64,000 bases of DNA from Phoronis australis. Its lineage: Eukaryota; Animalia; Phoronida. This document shows positions 49,439-62,811 of this stretch, piece after piece (the first letter of the stretch is position 1; each line of letters starts with the position of its first letter). The position numbers and the translations under genes are program-made. The notes under the pieces are model-generated. The model did no database searches. It had not been told where the DNA came from and was given only the letters and a program-made list of their open reading frames with translations. The DNA lies in NCBI GenBank assembly GCA_002633005.1, contig NMRA01000119.1:770228-834227 (forward strand), read 5' to 3'.

Positions 49439-51140
49439 CTGAAATGGAATCAACGTCATATATTTCTCAATGAATTCATCAGGATGATCGAGTAGAATTG
49501 CACTGATTAATGTTGTCTTTCTGTCCAATAATCATAAATACCTTCAGACGTTTTCGGCAACTGTTGTTTTGTGCTGTTGCCTTCACATGCGATTGAGAAG
49601 TGGCGAGTATTCATCGTACATACTGTGTGCTGCGCCATCTATCAATCGCTGCAGAAGGCAACACTAAACGGCATTCAGCTGTTGCACAAAACGTTTGAAG
49701 GTTTGATATTTGTGGCAATTGGATGAAATAAATACAAATTCACCGTTATACCACCTTCAAATGAAAGTAACCACGTGCGTAAAATGTATAGATGTTAGTT
49801 AAGGGACATTTCCTGCTTTTAAGCTCCACCAAATATGCAAATTGTAAACCAAGTTTCTCATATAACCGAAATGCATGTAATCTTTTATGCCCTGGTAGAG
49901 ATAATGTTTCCATTCCGAAACAAGTTATCCATGGCATCGTTAAGTACAAGAGCGTGGTAATGCTAGCAGTTTTCTCAGGGTTGACCATTCTCGCCGAAAT
50001 TGGGAAGTTTCACGTCAATCGTTGGTGACCGCTTTGTTTTGATGATAGAAGCCGATTACTGTCATGACATGGAACATCTTGAGGCAGAATTTTTAGAATC
50101 AATAATCACCAGTTATTTCCATTTCTTATAATGAATATTTTTGGAGAAATTTCATAACGCCATCCCAATTCTTCACAGAATTCAAGGATGGTCGCGTTTT
50201 AAGTAATTCACCTGCAAACTAATGGCACGAAATGGCTCACGAGCGTCAAGGGAAATTTCTATGTTTTTGTTTAAGTTAGAGAAGGCTATTACCACATGTC
50301 CGTTGAATAAAAATTACCTAACCGTGGTATTATGTTGGTGTTTTGGAAATTTGGCCAATTAATTTATATGTTCCGTGACAAGTAAAATGAAGTAAGAAAC
50401 GTTAAATAGTTAATAGGCATAATATAAGTAGATTGAAGCCATTGGTAATCCCAAAGCAGCTTATTTTGTGACTTGCACTTTTTGTTGTAGGTATGGAGGA
50501 AATGGCGAGTTATTGAATTTAAAACGACATGTGCAGCATAAACACGCCGTCACATCAAAGGGCAAATCTGACGTTTGACCCTTCGTTCGAAAACAGTTCA
50601 CACGTGAACGCTCGTAAGATGTCTGATCTGCCTCACCGTCGTCTGCCGCCAAATCAGACGGCAGATACCTTCATATGTTCGTGAGAAGCCCACATTACAA
50701 TGACGTGTTTTCTGGCAAATGAAAGTCGCACGTGATTGGTCACAATATTAGCATTTTGCATATTGTTATGGTAATTGCAAGTTAGACGGCAGATAGGACG
50801 CCTTCAATATATTTTAATCGTTTGATTTGTCATCCGATCAGACGTTCTATCTGTCTTCTTATAAGAATTCCACACCTGGACAAGGTAATAAAAGCAGTTT
50901 TGCTTTTAGCCCAAACACTGACCCCTTTTTACGTGCGCATGGGAAATATGGAAACTCCCTGGTGTGGAATCTTCGCAGTTGATTCGCTCACGCTCAAACA
51001 CCTTTTTGTTATCGATTGTTGGGCGATGTTTATGTGAGAATTGTCTGAACATAGGCCTACGTCAGAGTTTAAGTAGAAAATAAATCTGAAACTAAATAAG
51101 GCGATCCAAATCCTCCCAAGGATACTATTGTTTCACGAAA

Positions 51141-51424
51141 TGTAGAATATAAATAGGTAAATAAAACAACAAGAATGGATCAACTGAATTTTCGGATATA
51201 ATAACGTCCTTCGTCAACAGAAATAGAAACAAAGAAAAATCAACACTATATGACAATTGACATTTAAGATGTGGCATAATGAATATGATACATATCTTAA
51301 ATGTCAATTGTCCTATAGTGTTTGATTTTACTTTATTTCTGTTTCTGTTGACGAAGGACGTTATCATATCCGAAAATTTCAGTTGATCCATTCTTGTTGT
51401 TTTATTTATCTACTTATATTTCAC
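51141..51424. repeat. Long fold-back inverted repeat (~130-bp arms) in an EF-hand gene intron, with hammerhead-like motifs in both arms
   Basis: aacaagaatggatcaactgaa...caattgacatttaagat / atcttaaatgtcaattg...ttcagttgatccattcttgtt. Confidence 0.88.
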
Positions 51425-51461
51425 AGTTTACGAAATGGTAAGGGATGCTATGGCAACTTAC

Positions 51462-51559
51462 CTCAGAAAATATAAGAAAGGCCCTCCGACATTCTGCTGG
51501 AGGAATCCCGAAGTCTGATAACACGTATTCGAATTCTTCAATATCAATATGTCCATCAG
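51462..51559 (-). CDS. Calexcitin/SCP-like EF-hand protein exon
   Basis: gtttcag/gtaagt; (A)DGHIDIEEFEYVLSDFGIPPAECRRAFLIFSE, completing EF loop DRTADGHIDIEE. Confidence 0.9.
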
Positions 51560-52641
51560 CTGAAACAAACTATCATGTAAATCGCTGCTGTTTGGCCTGC
51601 ACGTATGCACTGGAAAGTAATCTTTGTAAGAGCCCACTGAACCACCACGGTAGCTAATATTGCAATCTCGAACCATTAGAAAGTGACGTAACGGCCCCGT
51701 AAGAGGCCTGCAACTTGATTGCTTTTTGTCCGGTGAGTGCAGGTCTCAAAATGAATAGGACTAAACATGCACATATTTCGCTATTTTCGGGATTCTCATA
51801 ATTTTAAATAACAAATTTAGTGTAGCACTTTTGTAACATTGTGATTGTATTTAGATGTTTTATCATCTAATCTAACATAAAAGTTAGGTTAGACATTTCA
51901 CGTTCGATAGAAATTAACTTCTCATATACCCGACAGGGGACTCTGGTTTCGTGAAATAACCTGACTTGACATTCATTGAATTGGAGTATGCTGATGGTCA
52001 TTAAGATATTGTTATTCACAACCTACAATTCCCCAGTATTTGTTCATGGCGTTTTATTATACATTTCAATATCAAGGGCATGGCTAGACATCCTTAACAA
52101 ACAGGCACTTAACCCCGCGGCCCAATTAAGAATTGTTCTTTTTATCTATATGGGCATTTACATCAATACTGCCTGGTACAAAAAACGTGACTGGACTTTA
52201 AAAAAAACAAAAAAAACAACAACAAACACGTGACTCGAGCGAGAATTGTGATTTTGACCACTTACCGCTACGAAATTGATCTCAACGCGTTCCCTACTCA
52301 GTGATTACTGGATTTTCAAGGAAATGGCAGTTCGTTATTCCTCGACGCGTAAAATGACATGCCGTGACAAGTCAACTTGTGAAGCTTTTTTTCGAGCGTT
52401 TATTCAGAAATAATTTGAGACCAATTTCGTAACGCTAAATGATCTAAATCGACTGCTGATTTTTGTGATAGAAGAGAAGAATTTGTTAGAAGATCCATGA
52501 ATGAACGCTTGACGTGACATTCACAGCCCTCTTCTGGTACACAGTGAGTTGCAGACGACCGATCAACTACGACACCGTCATCTCTTTTTTATATTACCAG
52601 TTTTGAGTTAACATAAGCTTGAACAGCAAAATTTACCTCAC

Positions 52642-52759
52642 CTGTTCGGTCAAATAGATTGAACTTGTACTCAATATACTTTTCCAGCCAGTTGGGTATT
52701 TTTTCGTCTTCTTCTTTCACGTCCAATCTTTGCCGGTGATATCTAGTCCACAACGCCAG
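52642..52759 (-). CDS. Calexcitin/SCP-like EF-hand protein exon
   Basis: ttctag/gtgagg; LALWTRYHRQRLDVKEEDEKIPNWLEKYIEYKFNLFDRT; phase 0-1. Confidence 0.9.
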
Positions 52760-53114
52760 CTAGAATCAGAGTGAAAAGACAAGCTCTGTAGATGCAAGAC
52801 ACTTGGGAGTCACATCTTCGCTTATATAACGGATGATATTTTTACTTAAGCTTTTCCTCGTAACTCAATATTTTAGCATCACTAACCAATCATTTTAGTC
52901 CTGGCATCCATTTTGTTGGCTAGTGTGCACGAATAAGGTACCGAGATTACTCGCCAGATCTGACACGCCTGTCTCCCAAGATTTTGCTTGCTGTTGTGCT
53001 TTTACCGTAAGAAACTTGCTGACTGTTCTGGCCTGCTCGATGTGTTAAAAATCGCTTTGTGCCACAGATATAATAAATGCCTATGGCACGAAAAAAAAAA
53101 ACATCAACGCATAC

Positions 53115-53252
53115 CCACTCGTCTGCTGATACTTTATCATCGAAATTTTCGTCTGCCTTATCTTGAAGCTCCCGCCAAATTTCTCGAAATATGTCCTGCG
53201 CATGCTTGTACTTCGGCGTATCCTGCTTCCACCCACTCATCTTACAGACTTT
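53115..53252 (-). CDS. Calexcitin/SCP-like EF-hand protein exon
   Basis: attttag/gtatgc; KVCKMSGWKQDTPKYKHAQDIFREIWRELQDKADENFDDKVSADEW (EF loop 2). Confidence 0.9.
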
Positions 53253-54313
53253 CTAAAATCGGAAACGCACCTTTTTAGCCTTTGGGGAAAATGGGTAAAC
53301 GATTAGAGCATTCAGATGAACAATTGGTTTTCAGGCTATTGATTGAAGATTTTTTTGGGTGCTCTGTCATCTTGCAGTTTCCATGACACCACTTCACGTT
53401 GTTCGCAATGAATGTCATTGATGCTGAGACGTTCCTTGTATTCAACTTGGTCTATGCAATCAAATTAGATATTAGCCAAAACAGCGTTTTGCACCATACC
53501 CAGCCTCGTTCCTCGCTGCAAGGAGGAAGTAGAAATGTAGCATGCGGACCAATGTAGCACACAACCCAAGGAATCGAAAGGTTGTATACTTTCATGAGAC
53601 TGTTTTGTTGAGTACAATAAACGTCTCAATGACTTCGATAGTTGTGAAATTCTATTTAACACTGGGTCACGGTGCATTCCTGTTACTAGTTGCGTCTTCA
53701 AACAGCAACATTTCAATTACACAGGAAAATCAGTATCTTCCATTTCAAGACACACTTCCTTTTGCTCACTGACTAAATCGCAACTTAACAACCAAATTAA
53801 CGAGATTCTTACTCCTACGAAACTCTATAAAGATCCGTGTGAAAGTCATGTCACGTTCGTATGAAACACTTGTCAAATATCCTGAAAAATGATAAGGAGA
53901 TACCGATGCGGACGCAAAAATGCCACTAGACTGTGCCGCAGCCGTGGTATTCTCAACAGGATAGCATCTGCCAATTTAAGTAGGTAGGGTTGCTTCTTTA
54001 AAAGGATACTAAACTCTGTTTGATGATTTTAACAAAACATCGTTCTGTCACATGCTAATGCATCATTGACGTCAATCTTGAGAGGTAAAAGCAGGAATCA
54101 ACTAAAAAAAATCATACCCCATATTTCACAAAATTTTAAGCGGTGTCGAGGGTTAGAAAGCATTGTTTCGTTTCAGAGAACTGGACCAGAAAATCGTTAT
54201 TAGTATCTGTTAATAAGCCAAAACCGGGTTTGGTATCCTTTTAAATGGCGCCTCCACAAGAGCCTGTCCCTTTTTGAAGTTGTCCCGTAAAGAGGCGCTG
54301 TAGTCATACTTAC

Positions 54314-54366
54314 TTCCCTGGCAATTTCGAAATCTTTCCACTCTAACTGACCATCTTTATTGACGT
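54314..54366 (-). CDS. Calexcitin/SCP-like EF-hand protein exon (EF loop 1)
   Basis: ttattttcag/gtaagt; (D)VNKDGQLEWKDFEIARE; needs an unidentified upstream phase-1 exon. Confidence 0.88.
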
Positions 54367-57235
54367 CTGAAAATAAAACGGTTTCCGATATTATTTTTTT
54401 CATTTGGTGCCGGGCGACGATTAACTTAAATCTTATTTTCGTAATGAAATATGCAAGTGTTTAATGATTATTTTTTTATTGATCACGTTTTCTGCACCTG
54501 CTGTTGTAAAATAATAAACGTCTTGGCATTACCAGCTTGAAATAATGGGTCCTTATCTATTATGCGAAATAGGTTTAGAAATACAGTTGTTAACGCATCG
54601 TCAAATACTACGTGTTCCCACGTTTTTGTTGACATGAATATTCCCACTGTGGAAAGGATGCCGTCTTAGGATATAGACTTTACACGTTTCGGGATGGTAA
54701 TTAAATTTTCAGTTCTAACACGTTGCCAACATTCGGATGCGACTTAGGAAAAGGGAGATCCGTAATCCTTTGTGATTCCTTCGACTGACTAACCGACATT
54801 GAGATAACATGACAAAAGATGGGGAAAAATCACAGCACTTGGTCAAGCATTTCGTGGACTTGGTGCCCCACCGTGATTAAGTCAACCTGATGCTCGATCA
54901 CGTCGGCCTGCATGGTGGTATACGCGGTCAATTTTGGTACTCCAAATAAGTTCGGAACTTTCACAACATTCCAACATCTTCCCGGAAGCGATGTGGTCAC
55001 TCTAACCCGGCTGTGGTCATTTTTAGCAACGAGGTCATTAACTGCGACGAGTTGCTTTGAGCTGTTTTGTCACACATTTGTCTCTACCTCGTAGTTGCAG
55101 AGAGAACACAATTTGCAAGCGAATTGACATCATCGCTTACAAAACTGGTGTCAGAGACGTTATCACCGCTTCACCACATCTGAGTGGCGACTTAATGATG
55201 TGAGCAGTGGCGCCGGGGTGGTCGGTATTAATAAGCGACGAGTTAAAATTATCAAGAGGTTATTATTTTTTAGGACATTATTTTTGGCATTTTCCGTACT
55301 CACGATAAGTGTCTGTTCTTATGTGCGCGAGTATATTATGGTTTACGTAGATAAGCGTCTTGTACAAGTTTGTTCTTGATGACTTCGATTCGAGTTACAC
55401 AAGCCAGTAAAACTACCTTTCGAGTTCAGACTCGGACTTGTAACTTTAATGCATGGGTCGTCGAGTGCAAAATAGGATTAGGCAGCCACGCACGTAAACT
55501 ATAACGTTTGCATACTCGAGCACAGAATAATAGACACTTGAGTTCGCACAAAAGTAGAATAAAAAAATGTTTAAAAAAGCTTCAATTCTGAGTACAATGA
55601 GTAGACCTCGGGCTCAGGTCGACCACTATGTGGACGTGATGGATCACCACGTGCGCCACTACCTCGTTGTTGTGAATTCTTTGTTGTGAATTCTTTCCTT
55701 CATTTGCTACCACAAGTTGTCTCCTTTGTGGTCCCTTGGTTACCATACCCTCTTTCCGCAGACTGTGAAACCGGTGACGTCCAGACCTATATTTCACATT
55801 TCGTTAACCGATTCGACGCCGATACTTTTGAGACAATTGCAGCCACGACATGAATTCCAGTATTGATATATCTACTATATGCAGACACCTTTGGAAATTA
55901 ATGGCTATGTTTCACTAATTGCATCCTGTTTAAGGCGACATGCATTCGTGTGTAGCCTTGGGTTCTCAGCGTAGAATGTTATTATTACCACGATCTGTCG
56001 ATGTGAAGTCAATCAAACTGAATGCGCACAAGGCTTGGATGTGCATTACTGCGAAATGACATCCATTTAATTACAGCAATTTCATGAGTTCTGGACAGGG
56101 CTAATTGCTTATGGAATAACCTTTTTACTGCGTAGGTCAGCTACAGAACGTAAGCAAATGGACTACATGGATATATCGATATGAAGCTAGGCATTTATGT
56201 ACAGGACCAAGTAAATGGACTAAATCGAAATAATACTGTTTTAACTTATTCTTTTTTATTGTATCAACATTTAAATTTTCTAATAAAAATTAACCAAATA
56301 AGAGTAGTAAATAAAGTCCCTGTTACTCATGCCAACTTCCGTGAAACCATTTCATCAAAATCGTTTATAACGACGTGACAGCGATTTTTTTTGTGAAAAT
56401 AGCTTCCTTTTCGGTGTGAATATTGACTTCTAGAAAACCTGAACAACAACTACACGTTTGAACTACATGCCCTTTTACCGTAGAAAAGCAGGGAATTGTG
56501 TCTATGACTTTTTTATTTACCCTCAAACAGAGATACAGCCACCTTTACGCCCAAAGTCTTCATTCTTGACGACCAACATCTTCGTTATCAGAAGGAAAAG
56601 TTAACAAATCTAAGAATATGCTCCCTCGGCCATAGGACATAAAATAAGTGTTCTTGACAATCTCATTTGAATCGAACCAAAGAGAAACCAAGGCTTAAAG
56701 TGCTGGAAGCTCTGAAAATCAAAAGGCTTGAATTGACCGATAAAATTCTGCACGTACTTGAAATTCATTGAAGTCGTTTCCAACAGCTTGTATATTTGAT
56801 GCATAGATAATGCGTTTCAAATAGTGTTATGAGTGGTAATGAAAACTATATGTAATGTGAGAATATTGAATTTTTGAAAAGAAAAACTTCCCACGCATAT
56901 GTAGGAAGTCCACAGCGGCAGCCAGCATTTTGGTCTAGGCGAAAACATCTATTGACCTCCAAACGGTCAAATTCATCGTATCAGTACGTATGTCATTTGT
57001 TTTGAACTCTGTGTTTCATTATGGAAAATTCTAAACAAACTACTCAGGTACCAAAATCGAACGATCGTTCCAGGTGCAATACTCTGCGAAAAGGCAACAG
57101 TCCTCTCGCACGTTCCCTTTTTTATTCACATGACTAACGTTTGCCACGTACCTTTGCACCGCCCTTACTTGACAACAAATTTCAATGCCATGACACCAGG
57201 AATTTCCGGTGTATACGCTAAGTTACTGCGCAAAC

Positions 57236-57369
57236 CCGGGTAGAGATCAGTAACGCTAAAATCTAGTCAAAATATCGTGTTCTCATTTAAAATACACGGC
57301 AATATTTAACGTTATCTCGCTAAGTCTTGATTTTTAGTGAGGTCTTAGTGTTACTTAACTCTACCCCGG
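57236..57369. mobile_element. Family A-related variant with ccggg(g)tagag termini (also 26071-26226)
   Basis: Shared internal aaaatacacggcaat...atctcgc..agtcttg core, own inverted ends. Confidence 0.6.
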
Positions 57370-60300
57370 TCTGCTGCAGGAACGCCATTTTTCTTAGGTA
57401 CCTTTATTTATTCGATATTTCGTAGTTTGTTACTTTCTATTGCTTGTGTAGTCCTACTTAGTTGTTTAACATTGTGGCTTCCAAGTGGCTTGTGTGACTA
57501 CACCTCAAACTTTTCTTCCTTCATGAAAGTCAGTTCATGGCCACATAGTACTAGACCCTCCAGATACTGAATTCCACAATGTCAGAAATACCCCGTGTGC
57601 GATATTTTACGAATCATTGAGGTTACGTTCACAAAGACGTTTCGTAGACGCAATTCACACTCCCGAGTAAAGCTTGTTTTGTCACATGGCTCAGTTGTAA
57701 TGTATGGCGATATCTCAAAAGGAATTTGCTCTACGCAACGCAGTCCTGGGCTGTGTTCCGTAAACTCAAGAATTTCGTGAAAGAAATGTAGTGATGGGCT
57801 TAGGTTTCAATTAAAACCACTATGCTGCTTTATTAATGGCTGACTGGAACTCCCGAGAATACAGTCAGTGTAACCTAAAAATCATATGACGTAACACTAC
57901 TAAAAGAGGGTGCTACCACAGGAAGATAGTGTGATCAGTTGCTTCGTTTACAGTGCTACAAAAGGTAGCAGGGGCGGATACAGGATTTTGAGTTAGGGTG
58001 TAATTAAAAAACAGAGCCTTTAATTTAGTCAAAACAATTGGGGACTTAGTCCTTAAATTAGGGGCGTTTCATGAAAAGATCCCAATTTATTTTCGATAAC
58101 ATTGAGAATTCAACTTTGAGTTCACTATCGATTTGTATCAAAGCCAAAGGTTGACTTAGTAGTGAGTTTAAAATAATATAAGAAAGGACAGTCGGTGTCT
58201 TCGTAAGTCCAGAAATACGCAGTACTTAGATTTAGGGAACTCAGTGGCAGCCGGGCACAGTTCCCTGAGGAGATTACCATCAATTTCAACTTCATGTAAC
58301 TGTGCCGTTGAGGCCGGTGGTATGGAAGTTATTGCTCACTGGATAGCAACGTTTACGTCGCATTATCGTGCGTCACGTAGCTAATGCTCAGCAATGCACG
58401 AGACATGCAACAACCAAACTTATCCAGTCCATAAGATCTTTTGTGTGAACTCAAAATAACTGCCTGTTATTATGCGCTCGAGTACATTTATAGTTCACAC
58501 GGATGATCGTCCAATCCTACTTTGCGGCACTAGATGACCTCACCACTAAAGCTATAATTCTGCGTCTGAACTGAAATCCTGAGTTTTACTGGACTTTAGC
58601 TCAAATTTAGGGGTCATAAAGCGCGAACTTGGATTAGACACTCATCTACATATGACATGACATTCTCGAGCAAAAATATAGACTCTTTCCTTGAGTTCGT
58701 GTAAAAGTAGTTAATGGAAATGTCAAAACAACTTTGAGTTCGATTTTGAGTATGCGTACAATTAAGGATAGGGAAGGAAAATGTGGGGCCACCTTACTTG
58801 GGTGGTGTAGATTCCGCCAGGATTTTGACTGACGGCTTAACTGACCAATCAGAACGCAACATTCTTGACACACCTTCGCCTCCGTTTCCAAGCCGCCATT
58901 TTATCCGACAACCGTCACGTTGTCAGTGACTTTTCACAACGAGGCGGAGCTTGCGATAGGTGATGGTCATGGGTAGCTAAGAAATTGCGGTAGCAGGAGT
59001 TGAAAATGCTGCTGCGATCTGTAGGGGGAGGGGATAGCTCAGGATATAGGGCTCGGAAAAAACAAAACCAGGCACCGATCAAAAGCATAAAATCGAGAAC
59101 AACCGAGGGTCATAAATTACAAATGAGAGGGCAATGACTATGCACTTAGCCAACCCCGAATTCGAAACAAATTCTTATACGCTTTTAATATTGCAACTCG
59201 CACTGTTAAAGCAAATCAATATCAACACTGCGTCGAGCAACACGGAAAACCTCAACTGACGATTTCCCATAAAAGTGTCTGAATCATGTTCACATTTTTT
59301 GAAAACATTAAGTGGCAAAGTAATTTCCTTGGTAACATATCTCATTTCGTTTAACCCAACATTTGACCACATGATTTAAAAAACGATAATTGTTTTCTGG
59401 TGAAGCGTATCTTTACCTGATCATTTCCGACTCCGTGGTTCTTATAAAGGAGGGCAAACAAGTAATGAGAACTTTGTGAATATTTTTTTTAAATTAGCAA
59501 AAGTCATTAACTGCCAACGATATTATACTGAACCCTGATTCGAACGTTAATAGCTGCGTGCATTCTAAGGCCATCGTACACCACTGACTTATCTACTCAA
59601 CTGCATTATTGAAATGTAATATAACCTCCTGGATTTCTTGCTGCCTTTAATCTTGCAATACGATAATTGGGAAAACCCAGTTTTGGCCGCAAAAATACGT
59701 TTGCTATTCCAACATCATAATGACATATAGAAGCATATTTGTCATTTCATTACACTGGATATTTATTCCGTGTGTAAATTACTATGGTAACATGAACATT
59801 TGTGTTTGTTTCAAGTTACAGCATGCAATAAAGTACAAAATTTAGCAGCAATAGTCCTATATATCCACACATAAACTCTCTGTCGACCACTGTAAAATGA
59901 TTGGGTACATGTACCAAGACTGCCCCCNCACCAAGACTGCCCCCCCCCCCCAAATGTACGCCCATCGGCGCCTACTGATTATAAGCCCATGGGCTTACGT
60001 TCGCAGCCAAAATCATAATTTTCAGGCCGGTTTCCCAAACACAACACCATTAAAGAATGTGTTATTCGAACACAAGGCTTTATTCATATTTCAGTCGGTC
60101 ACCGTTGCATTCAATTGTTTTAGACACCCGTTTTTATCAGCATGATGCCTTTTTTAAGAACGTATATGCAAATAGACACATACTTTCTAAGACCTATTTT
60201 ATGATGCTTTTTATCTTTATAGCCTCAGTTTACAAAAGTACGACCGGGCCCAACCTGGAGAACCAGAAAAGTGCGCCGAGGGATTCACTATCAAAAATTC

Positions 60301-60438
60301 CCGGCAGTACAAAATAGTATTTCGTGTTGAATTATTTGAAAGAAAACCATTGTACACCAATTAAACTACTTGTATGGGTACACGGTGTTGTGAAACACTA
60401 CAAAGCAGCTGTAATCCCGCTTTCCATCACAGAAACCA

Positions 60439-61063
60439 GCCTCCCGTTCAGTAACGCTAGGACCTCGCTAAACTCGCTGGTTCCCTGGATGCCGCTAGGT
60501 GGCCAGTAGCCAGCACGCAGGTATCACTTAATTTTCCTCGGGAATTGTCTTTACCCCGGCGTTTCTGATTGGCTAGCCGAATTCTCAACAATTAAAGCAG
60601 CGCTTTACGCAAACAAACTGGCATGAGTGATGGACTGAAGTGTAAATGTGGTCTGTTGTACAGACAAATCGGTGCTTAAAATTTATGTTCAGGAAATGTG
60701 AATCCTAGAAATTGTGATTGCGCCTTTTCGGATTGCATCTTTCTACTGTCGATGACGAACTATTTGCTGCGACGCCACTTGCATGAAGGCTAAAAATCGT
60801 TCGCAGTCCGCCATTTTTTCACGGTAATGTAAAGCTAACCAATGACTGCTGAGGTTACATCAACCAACTTGAATGCTAAAGCGCATGCCAGTGCGTGATA
60901 CCTGCGTCCTGGCTGGGCACGCTAGGGAACAGCCAGCTCGCTAAAAAGCAAGACTTCGCGAGATTACGTGAGATATTGCTGTGTATTTTAGATAAGATCA
61001 CGTGGCTGTGGCTGGATTTTAGCTAGGTCTTAGCGTAGGTCCTAGCGTTACTGAACGCACGCC
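60439..61063. mobile_element. MITE family A copy interrupted by family B
   Basis: Removing 60473-60945 reconstitutes the sequence seen at 62659-62811. Confidence 0.82.
60473..60936. mobile_element. MITE family B copy nested in a family A element
   Basis: Co-linear with 5967-6546; 9-bp TSD ctcgctaaa at 60464-60472 and 60937-60945. Confidence 0.85.
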
Positions 61064-61086
61064 AGCTTTTTATTTAGATCACTTAC

Positions 61087-61248
61087 CTTTTCGTAATTGG
61101 TCTCAAAATTTTCCACTCTAAAAACTGGTGGGGTTTCTGGACTTCGAAATAACTGACAGTTTGTTACTGCTTGAGGTCACACGGCCACACGGCGTTGACT
61201 TGTCACGTCGTGTTCCTCAAACAATAACGGACTGTCAGCTCTTTATAA
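61087..61248 (-). promoter_or_regulatory. Possible TATA box (TATAAAG, 61241-61247) and non-coding first exon ending at a consensus AAG|gtaagt donor, perhaps of the EF-hand gene
   Basis: Motif juxtaposition and strand only; no transcript evidence. Confidence 0.25.
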
Positions 61249-62658
61249 GCCCAGAAATCACTTCTCATAAAAGCAAGTAACAAGTTTGAGACCAATTTTT
61301 GTCTAAGTCATACTTTCGCTTTTTGGATTTTGAGCCGAACGTGGGTTGATCCTGGCAGCTGTCGCTTTCGTATTATTCAGCCCGCAAAACGTGTACATAA
61401 TTGGTCAATGACGAGGTTTCTTTCAAAGGAGTAATAAAACCCGCATGTTCTGCCAAAGAAATCATTGTTGCTTTCGATCACTAACCGTTATCAAATTGGC
61501 TTCTTGTTCTTTTCTCATATTAGAAATTATTTCTAGACCTGATAATTCCACAATGTTTCAGATCAGGCTCATTGACTGTTACGCCAGTTTGAACTCTGGG
61601 CGTACTCTCAAACAGGAGATGAATGTTACGTGCCGCTCAGAACGGTGGCTTTATCACGACCAGTTTCCCAACGAAAGGCAGAATGGAGAATCTTGACCAA
61701 GTACCTTGTCCTGTATTCTACAGCTGCTCACGTTACACACGTGGCCAAAGGTCACGACAGTTCATGAACCAGAAAGTGTATGTCCCTGATGAGTGGTGAC
61801 TGTCATATTGTGGAAAAAAATTTGTGACTGACGTTGAATCAACTTTTTGTTTAAAAACCCCTTTTGTAATAATTATAAATAACATATAAGAATTAAGAAG
61901 AAAGCGTTCAAAAAATCTACAAAGCTGTTGTGGTTGCTCGGCCTAAATGCGGGTAACGAACGTGACCATGGTGATCAGCATCCAAGGCGGTCAAATAAGC
62001 CGATTTTTGCTGTTCAGTCCTCTAATTTTCAGCAAACTCTTTGGTCAATACTTGTCACTTAACGTTCATCCAATGAACTCTATATGATAAATCATTTCAC
62101 CATGTGGTAAATTTGAACGATATACTGAGTCTTGGAGTTGTGGCGGAACACGAGTGAATAAGTGTCCGTATTTGAAGCCAGATGAATCAGGATAATGAAA
62201 ATTAACCCTTTGTGCCAAAAATGCATAAAGAGCTTTGATAATTCGCTTTTAGTTGTAGTTGTTGATATTAAACATTCTATAATGTCGCAAACCTTTGAGG
62301 AAGCATGTGCCAACATAACAGCTTTTAAAGCGGCTATAAACCCATTGACGTTCAGCCCGAGATTTTGGCACTGAACTCACCAACCATCACGAAATAGCTC
62401 ACTTACGAGTTTCTCGTTAGTCAATGTGACGTCACCGGAAGGGGGGTAAAACCCGTCATATTGTTCTTGTTTTGCCCCGAGTCTTTGCTACACGCGCTAA
62501 ATCTTACTGGAGTTCTTATGGTGTATTTTACGTTTAAAACGTTAACACAACTTAAGAGGTGGTAGATGGATTGTGGAATAAACTGTGAATGGACGAAGAA
62601 AATGTGAACTTGTTATGTTGTGCGAAGGTGTGAAGGGACTGAAATTAGAACTCAACCC

Positions 62659-62811
62659 GCCTCCCGTTCAGTAACGCTAGGAACTCGCCAAAAAGCAAGA
62701 CTTCGCGAGATTACGTGAGACATTGCCGTGTATTTTAAATAAGAACACGTGACTTTGACTAGGTTTTAGCTAGGTCCTAGCGTAGGTCCTAGCGTCTACT
62801 GAACGCACGCC
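62659..62811. mobile_element. MITE family A copy (intact)
   Basis: Reverse-complement match to 8860-9010. Confidence 0.85.

Noticed and set aside
57497-57560. SH3-like peptide ELTFMKEEKFEV on the minus strand
   Set aside because: Immediately followed by a stop and lacks the other SH3 motifs
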